A DNA stretch of 20,000 nt from an uncultured virus (IMG/VR IMGVR_UViG_3300005611_000010) (taxonomy: Duplodnaviria > Heunggongvirae > Uroviricota > Caudoviricetes), in IMG/VR virus record IMGVR_UViG_3300005611_000010, one strand, 5' to 3'. Positions within the stretch are counted from its first letter, which is position 1. Every line of letters begins with the position of its first letter. The notes under the pieces were generated by a model. It was not told where the DNA came from. It saw only the letters and a list, made by a program, of their open reading frames with translations, and did not search any database. This document shows, piece after piece, positions 15,348-20,000 of the stretch. The position numbers and the translations under genes are program-made.

Positions 15348-15381
15348 AAGGCGGGTTAATCCCCGCCTTTTTTTTATTTTT
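15348..15381 (+). terminator. Rho-independent terminator closing the cassette array
   Basis: AAGGCGGG-TTAATC-CCCGCCTT followed by a T-run. The T-tract also contains TATTTTTG (15375-15382), a possible -7 box for the next gene. Confidence 0.85.
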
Positions 15382-15394
15382 GAAAATAATTCTT

Positions 15395-16294
15395 ATGAAG
15401 ATATATGTGACTATTAAATGTAATTCATTCGCTTTGGGCGACACCCTTGCGTGTGTTGCTGTAGTTGAACATTATAGACAAACCTTCAATCTTCCAAAAG
15501 TTTATTTCGATTGTATTGATTGGATGTGGAAATACTTGGCTCCTGCATATCCTAAAATTGAATTTACGAAAATAGAAAACCCTGAAATTGTTTTAAACTA
15601 CCATTTTGACTTGCCTGTTCAAAAAGGCTTTGCGTTTGACCTTTATCAAATCCCCAAATCTTTAAAACAAGAATTCGTTTGGGATTTCATTAAACCAAAA
15701 ATGGAATATAAGCCAAAAGCCAAAAGGCAAATATTAAACCCATATTTTGTTTTTTCGATGCACAGTACGGCTCAAGTCAAATATTGGAATTCAGGTAAAC
15801 GTACCGACCAAACGCATTCACCACGTTGGCGTGATTTGTGCTTGCTCTTGGAGAACATCGGCATTCAAGGAGTATTGGTTGATAAACACTACGGTTTTGG
15901 GACGGCTCCATATTGGAACGAACCACCTGAAAACTGCAAGAAAGTTATTGGTCGTCCTTTTGATGAAGTTTTAGAAATGCTTTGTTATGCAGAGTTTTTT
16001 GTGGGGCTTTCAAGCGGAATGAGTTGGGTTGCTTATGCGTTAGGTAAAAAAACCTGTATGATTGCACCTTGGACTTATGATGATAATGAATTTGGTTCGA
16101 GCAATGGAGAACACATTAGAGTTCAATCAAAATCGCATTGCACAGATTGTTGGTCGGCATTAAGCCAAACATTTGATAAAACAGATTGGTATTGGTGTCC
16201 CTTAAAACAAAACACACCTGAAGAGTTTTCCTGTAGTTCAAGCATACAGGCGAAAGATGTTATAAATGAATTAAAAAAATATAATTGGATATGA
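15395..16294 (+). CDS. Aah/TibC-like O-heptosyltransferase (GT9-related GT-B) with Cys iron-finger pattern
   Basis: ALGDTLA, STAQVKYWN, AEFFVGLSSGMSWVAYA, and CTDCW...WCP...FSCSSSI match autotransporter heptosyltransferase motifs. Start at ATG 15395. Confidence 0.75.
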   Translation: MKIYVTIKCNSFALGDTLACVAVVEHYRQTFNLPKVYFDCIDWMWKYLAPAYPKIEFTKIENPEIVLNYHFDLPVQKGFAFDLYQIPKSLKQEFVWDFIKPKMEYKPKAKRQILNPYFVFSMHSTAQVKYWNSGKRTDQTHSPRWRDLCLLLENIGIQGVLVDKHYGFGTAPYWNEPPENCKKVIGRPFDEVLEMLCYAEFFVGLSSGMSWVAYALGKKTCMIAPWTYDDNEFGSSNGEHIRVQSKSHCTDCWSALSQTFDKTDWYWCPLKQNTPEEFSCSSSIQAKDVINELKKYNWI

Positions 16295-17094
16295 AATGGT
16301 CAACCAACCGCGAACCTTATAATGAAGGTTCCTTTTACACACTTGATAAATACGGTAACATAGTTTACCGTGACCTTCAAAACGAAAACGTCGACTTTAA
16401 TGCAGGCGACTTTCACAATAACCCAAGATGGGATTCGTACAACTTTCTGTATTATGAGAACTTTCAATATTATGGCTTTGAGAGCCGTGGGAGCGATTAT
16501 GAGCGATACGGATGTAAAATCGAACAGGGAGTAAGTGTATTGGACTTTGGAGCGAACATAGGGGCTTTTGCGCGTTATGCTCGTTTTCGCGGTGCATCAA
16601 ACGTGTATTGCTTTGAACCAATGACTCCAACATTCCATTGCCTTTATAAAAATTCTGCTCACGACCCCAACATCGAATGCTACAAATTGGGTGTTTCGGA
16701 TAAAACGGGAATAGCAGACTTCAAAATCCATACTGACTTCACTCACAACGGAGGGGGAAGTATGTGCGATTTTGCCGATAAATCGCTCGACATACATCAT
16801 TCGGAATCCTGCGCCCTGCTTGGGATAGAGGAAATTTTCAAAATAGAAAAATGGGCAAAATGCGAGTTTTTGAAGATTGACATCGAAGGAGCCGAGCGAA
16901 TGGTATGCGAAGCCTTGCCTGACGCGGCTTTGCGGTCACTTGCATATATCTCTGCGGAGTTCCATCGGAATGACCCCGAATTCGACCTTTTTCAGAAAAA
17001 TTGGCTTCAGAAATGTTGGGATTTTGGATTCAAATCTTACGTTTTATACCACGGAAATGGTGACTTGAGAACGGTCACTTTATGGAAAGATTAA
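16291..17094 (+). CDS. FkbM-family SAM-dependent methyltransferase
   Basis: VLDFGANIGAF, VYCFEP, FLKIDIEGAE and EFH motifs; ATGA-coupled to the upstream gene. Confidence 0.9.
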   Translation: MKWSTNREPYNEGSFYTLDKYGNIVYRDLQNENVDFNAGDFHNNPRWDSYNFLYYENFQYYGFESRGSDYERYGCKIEQGVSVLDFGANIGAFARYARFRGASNVYCFEPMTPTFHCLYKNSAHDPNIECYKLGVSDKTGIADFKIHTDFTHNGGGSMCDFADKSLDIHHSESCALLGIEEIFKIEKWAKCEFLKIDIEGAERMVCEALPDAALRSLAYISAEFHRNDPEFDLFQKNWLQKCWDFGFKSYVLYHGNGDLRTVTLWKD

Positions 17095-17125
17095 TATTTT
17101 GTAAAATATTTATTTAGCGTTTTTT

Positions 17126-17491
17126 ATGGATAATATCGTGCTGACATCGGAGAATTTTTTGAAGATTATTGACATTTCAAATATTCTTTTAAATGAAGTT
17201 GAAGTCATTGAATTATATGGACTTACAGCATTTAACCGTATGTCCGAGCATAACTGTATTTTTATTGTAGAAAATATTTATTCGTGTGACAACTGTGACG
17301 AACTTCATTTGGACTTAATTATGGTGAATTATTTTGGTCGTTCGGTTCTATTTACCTTGGATGTGAACAGTCTTGATTGCTATGATACTTGTCAAGTTTA
17401 TGACCACGATGATGAAAAACGCTTTTTGTACTCTTGCGCAAGTTTTTCTTATGACCCAATTACTAAACATTTAGAACTGTGGGCACTATAA
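17126..17491 (+). CDS. Acidic hypothetical protein
   Basis: 121 aa with a CDNC motif. Confidence 0.65.
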   Translation: MDNIVLTSENFLKIIDISNILLNEVEVIELYGLTAFNRMSEHNCIFIVENIYSCDNCDELHLDLIMVNYFGRSVLFTLDVNSLDCYDTCQVYDHDDEKRFLYSCASFSYDPITKHLELWAL

Positions 17492-17673
17492 ATTTAATAA
17501 GCGAAAATGAATGGCAAATTTTTATCAATACAGGATTTGTCAGTAATTTAATAATTAAACGCATAGCAAAGAAAATCGTCTTCAACCTTGAATTAACAAG
17601 GCGTGAGCAGGCTGTAAGGATAGAGAAATCAGAACTAATAGAAAAGGAACTTTTAAACCTATGGCAAAAATAA
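17479..17673 (+). CDS. Hypothetical protein
   Basis: 64-aa ORF overlapping both neighbours by 13 nt. Confidence 0.6.
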   Translation: MGTINLISENEWQIFINTGFVSNLIIKRIAKKIVFNLELTRREQAVRIEKSELIEKELLNLWQK

Positions 17674-18521
17674 AACTTGTGTGGTTGACCAAACAAGGTA
17701 GTCAAACCAACTTTGAAAAGCAGTATATCGAACACAGACTGTTTGGTGGATTTGTTTGCGATAACATATTAAGAGGCAATGATTTACTGTTTGCTAATGC
17801 TGTTTTAATTTTTTCTTGCAACACTCCTGACCCCGACCCTGACTATTGGAAGGTTATTGAATGGTACAAGCAAGCAAAATTTCCTTACTTCCTTGTTCAT
17901 CTGTCGGATGAGCGGTGTGCATTTGACCCCAAACATTACACGGGCGCAAAACACGTTTGGCGTAGTTATGGCGGTAAGCGTTATGACGGCATTGAGAATG
18001 TAAGCACTATACCGTTGGGTTTTCAGACGGGGTTTATGAATCCTGAACCTGTTTTTGATGAGCGAGAAAGAAACATTGATGCTGTATTCGCAGGTTCTAT
18101 GAAGCAAGACCGCCAATCGGTTGTAGATGTATTAAAATCTATCCCGAACACAATGGTAAAAACAACCACTCACTTCAATGACCCTAATGGTATTCCCGTA
18201 GATGGTATGATTGAACTTTACAAAGATTCTTTTCTTGTACCGTGTCCTATGGGGTGGCATCACGCTGATTCTTTTAGGATTATGGAATGCTTGGAATGGA
18301 ACTGTATTCCTGTAATCAAAACAGAACACGCTGATTATTTTGACGCACTATATCCTTTTCATCCTTTCCTTATGGTAGAAACTTGGGATGAAATAAAAAC
18401 ATACATAAAGGATTTGAAGCCAAACGAAGCCCGCTGTCGAAAGAACGCATTCAATTGGTACACTTTCTTTAAAACCAACCTTAAACGCACCGTAAAAACA
18501 AAATATGAAAGTTTACTATAG
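17661..18521 (+). CDS. Exostosin/GT47-like glycosyltransferase
   Basis: HLSDE, IPLGF, FAGS...R, and SFLVPCPMGWHHADSFRIMECLEWNCIPVI follow the exostosin C-terminal pattern (CPxG...SxRxxExL...CIPVI). Confidence 0.7.
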   Translation: MAKIKLVWLTKQGSQTNFEKQYIEHRLFGGFVCDNILRGNDLLFANAVLIFSCNTPDPDPDYWKVIEWYKQAKFPYFLVHLSDERCAFDPKHYTGAKHVWRSYGGKRYDGIENVSTIPLGFQTGFMNPEPVFDERERNIDAVFAGSMKQDRQSVVDVLKSIPNTMVKTTTHFNDPNGIPVDGMIELYKDSFLVPCPMGWHHADSFRIMECLEWNCIPVIKTEHADYFDALYPFHPFLMVETWDEIKTYIKDLKPNEARCRKNAFNWYTFFKTNLKRTVKTKYESLL

Positions 18522-19215
18522 ATTTTCCGATGGGGGCTTTAATAAACTCAAGCCCGAATATGTGACCAAAAAGAACTGTTTACTCAACTTCCTGAAGCAC
18601 TTTCACCTTGTTGATGTTGAAATTACCATCATTGCAGATAAGGTTTCAGAAGAAACGATTCAATGGCTTGACGAAGATATTGCTTCCCGTATAGGGGTGA
18701 ATTATATCCGAACCAACTTTGGTTTTGGAAGCAAAGCATACATCAAGGTTCTTGAAATGGCTATAGAACTTCCTGACAACGAAGAAATCTATTTTGTGGA
18801 AGATGACTACATCCATAGGGAGAAATCCTTTCAAACGCTTCGTGAAGGCTTGGAAATAGCAGATTATGTTACCTTGTATGACCACCCTGATAAATATCTA
18901 CCACGGGAGCAAATGGGAAACCCCCTTGTTAAAGATGGTGGTGAAGATACCAAGGTATTTGTAACTCGAAGCACGCATTGGAAAATAACCAATAGCACAC
19001 CTATGACTTTTGCTGTCAGGGCAAAGACTTTAAAACAGGACAAAGAAATCCATTATCACTTCTGTGAAGGCACAATGACTGATTCCTATCGTATGTTCCT
19101 ACGGCTTCGTGAAAAAGGACGCAAATTAATATCCTGCTTGCCTGCAAAAGCAACGCACGGTGAATTACAATGGCTATCACCTTTGGTAGATTGGCGTAAA
19201 GAAATTGAACTATGA
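18505..19215 (+). CDS. GT-A fold glycosyltransferase (viral GT2-like)
   Basis: IYFVEDDYIH (DxD-like) and YVTLYDHPDKY...STPMTFA motifs. Confidence 0.7.
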   Translation: MKVYYRFSDGGFNKLKPEYVTKKNCLLNFLKHFHLVDVEITIIADKVSEETIQWLDEDIASRIGVNYIRTNFGFGSKAYIKVLEMAIELPDNEEIYFVEDDYIHREKSFQTLREGLEIADYVTLYDHPDKYLPREQMGNPLVKDGGEDTKVFVTRSTHWKITNSTPMTFAVRAKTLKQDKEIHYHFCEGTMTDSYRMFLRLREKGRKLISCLPAKATHGELQWLSPLVDWRKEIEL

Positions 19216-19730
19216 TAGTTTGGATGCACGATAAAGAAATAGCGGTAATTGAAAAATACCTGAAACCAACTGATTTTATGTTTGAATGGGGCGCAGGTGG
19301 CTCTACACTTCATTTTGCCAAGCAGGTAAATAAATATGTGTCCGTAGAACACGATAGGGATTGGTATAATCTTGTTTTACGCTATGTGCGCAACCTTGGA
19401 TTAATGTCTAAAGTAATGTTGTTCCACGTCGAGCCTAACGCGCCACGGACAATACCCACCAAATACGAACAGTTTGACGATTACATCAACTTCATTCCTG
19501 ATACTTACAGCGAAATTAAGTTCGATAAGGTTTTTATTGATGGGCGCGCGCGTCAGTTCTGTGCTATGTCGGCATTGAAGTTTATCAAACCTGATGGTCT
19601 GATGTTTATTCACGACTACTTCGAGCGCGAACGCTACTTCAGTATCGAGCAGGGGTGGGAATTGGTCGAGGCGGTTCGGGATACACCGCAGACTCTTGCG
19701 GTTTTCAGACCGCGCGGGGGAAAATTGTAG
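19212..19730 (+). CDS. Class I SAM-dependent methyltransferase (putative glycan O-methyltransferase)
   Basis: FEWGAGGST, SVEHDRDW, VFIDGRAR and IHDY motifs. Confidence 0.8.
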   Translation: MIVWMHDKEIAVIEKYLKPTDFMFEWGAGGSTLHFAKQVNKYVSVEHDRDWYNLVLRYVRNLGLMSKVMLFHVEPNAPRTIPTKYEQFDDYINFIPDTYSEIKFDKVFIDGRARQFCAMSALKFIKPDGLMFIHDYFERERYFSIEQGWELVEAVRDTPQTLAVFRPRGGKL

Positions 19731-19896
19731 GGCTTTGCCCTTTGTTGGGCTTCACCCAACCCTTCTTGTTTGTTATTAGACCCCCATACTTGCGTTCTGT
19801 GCCACTTTCTTTTTATTGGCGCGCCATTTATCCATATTTTTTTTTCAATAGTTTCTGTGTGCTTTTTATGTGTTTTTCTGTCCACGAAAATTCCTG

Positions 19897-19927
19897 TTGA
19901 CTTTGTCATTTGTTTTCCTTACTTTTG
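19897..19927 (+). promoter_or_regulatory. Bacteroidota-type promoter pointing out of the window
   Basis: TTG (19897-19899)-N20-TACTTTTG (19920-19927), an exact TAnnTTTG match. Confidence 0.45.
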
Positions 19928-19975
19928 CAGGTTTTCGGTTTTCAGGGGTTCCCCCTTGCTCGCACGCGTCGCCTG

Positions 19976-19995
19976 AGATCGGGAGAGCAGACGTC
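19976..19995 (+). other. Probable Illumina TruSeq adapter remnant (artefact)
   Basis: AGATCGGGAGAGCAGACGTC vs adapter AGATCGGAAGAGCACACGTC: 18/20 identical, at the window end. Confidence 0.6.
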
Positions 19996-20000
19996 CCTAC

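Noticed and set aside
17093..17110. Palindrome AATATTTT-GT-AAAATATT
   Set aside because: The arms are AT-only and the motif occurs once, so chance is likely in this composition.
19634..19976. Three overlapping short ORFs at the right end
   Set aside because: They are low-complexity translations of T-rich sequence, mutually overlapping, with no recognisable motifs.
1..20000. tRNA/rRNA genes, transposases, integrase, alternative genetic code
   Set aside because: No cloverleaf, rRNA-like or recombinase motifs were seen. Genes tile densely under the standard code, so there is no sign of stop-codon reassignment.

Overview
This 20 kb window looks like part of a large tailed dsDNA phage genome, probably infecting a Bacteroidota host: genes are densely packed with many ATGA/GTGA stop-start overlaps, promoters follow the TTG-N17-20-TAnnTTTG pattern, and Shine-Dalgarno sequences are rare. 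The left arm (minus strand, 1-12079) holds a large acidic protein with a (Gly-Glu)39 tract that the ORF track missed, a polyvalent-type ADP-ribosyltransferase-like protein with repeated xxxGG motifs, a Cys-His-Asp enzyme, a DUF5824-like protein, three glycosyltransferases, a DUF6549-like membrane protein, a Phg_2220_C replication-initiator-like protein and HTH regulators. The divergent gap at 12080-12490 contains two blocks of four 12-bp-period CGTTCC repeats flanked by DnaA-box matches, a candidate replication origin. The right arm (plus strand) has a putative early operon ending in the most unusual feature, at 13699-15343: a tandem array of tiny ORFs joined by a conserved 27-nt junction repeat (consensus GAAACCTTTAACACCAAAGAGAAATGA) that supplies each downstream start codon and usually the upstream stop. 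The array includes a duplicated cassette and an almost empty cassette. A second glycosyl/methyltransferase cluster follows, including an Aah/TibC-like heptosyltransferase. The last ~25 nt resemble an Illumina adapter. All family assignments come from motif recognition by eye, not database searches.
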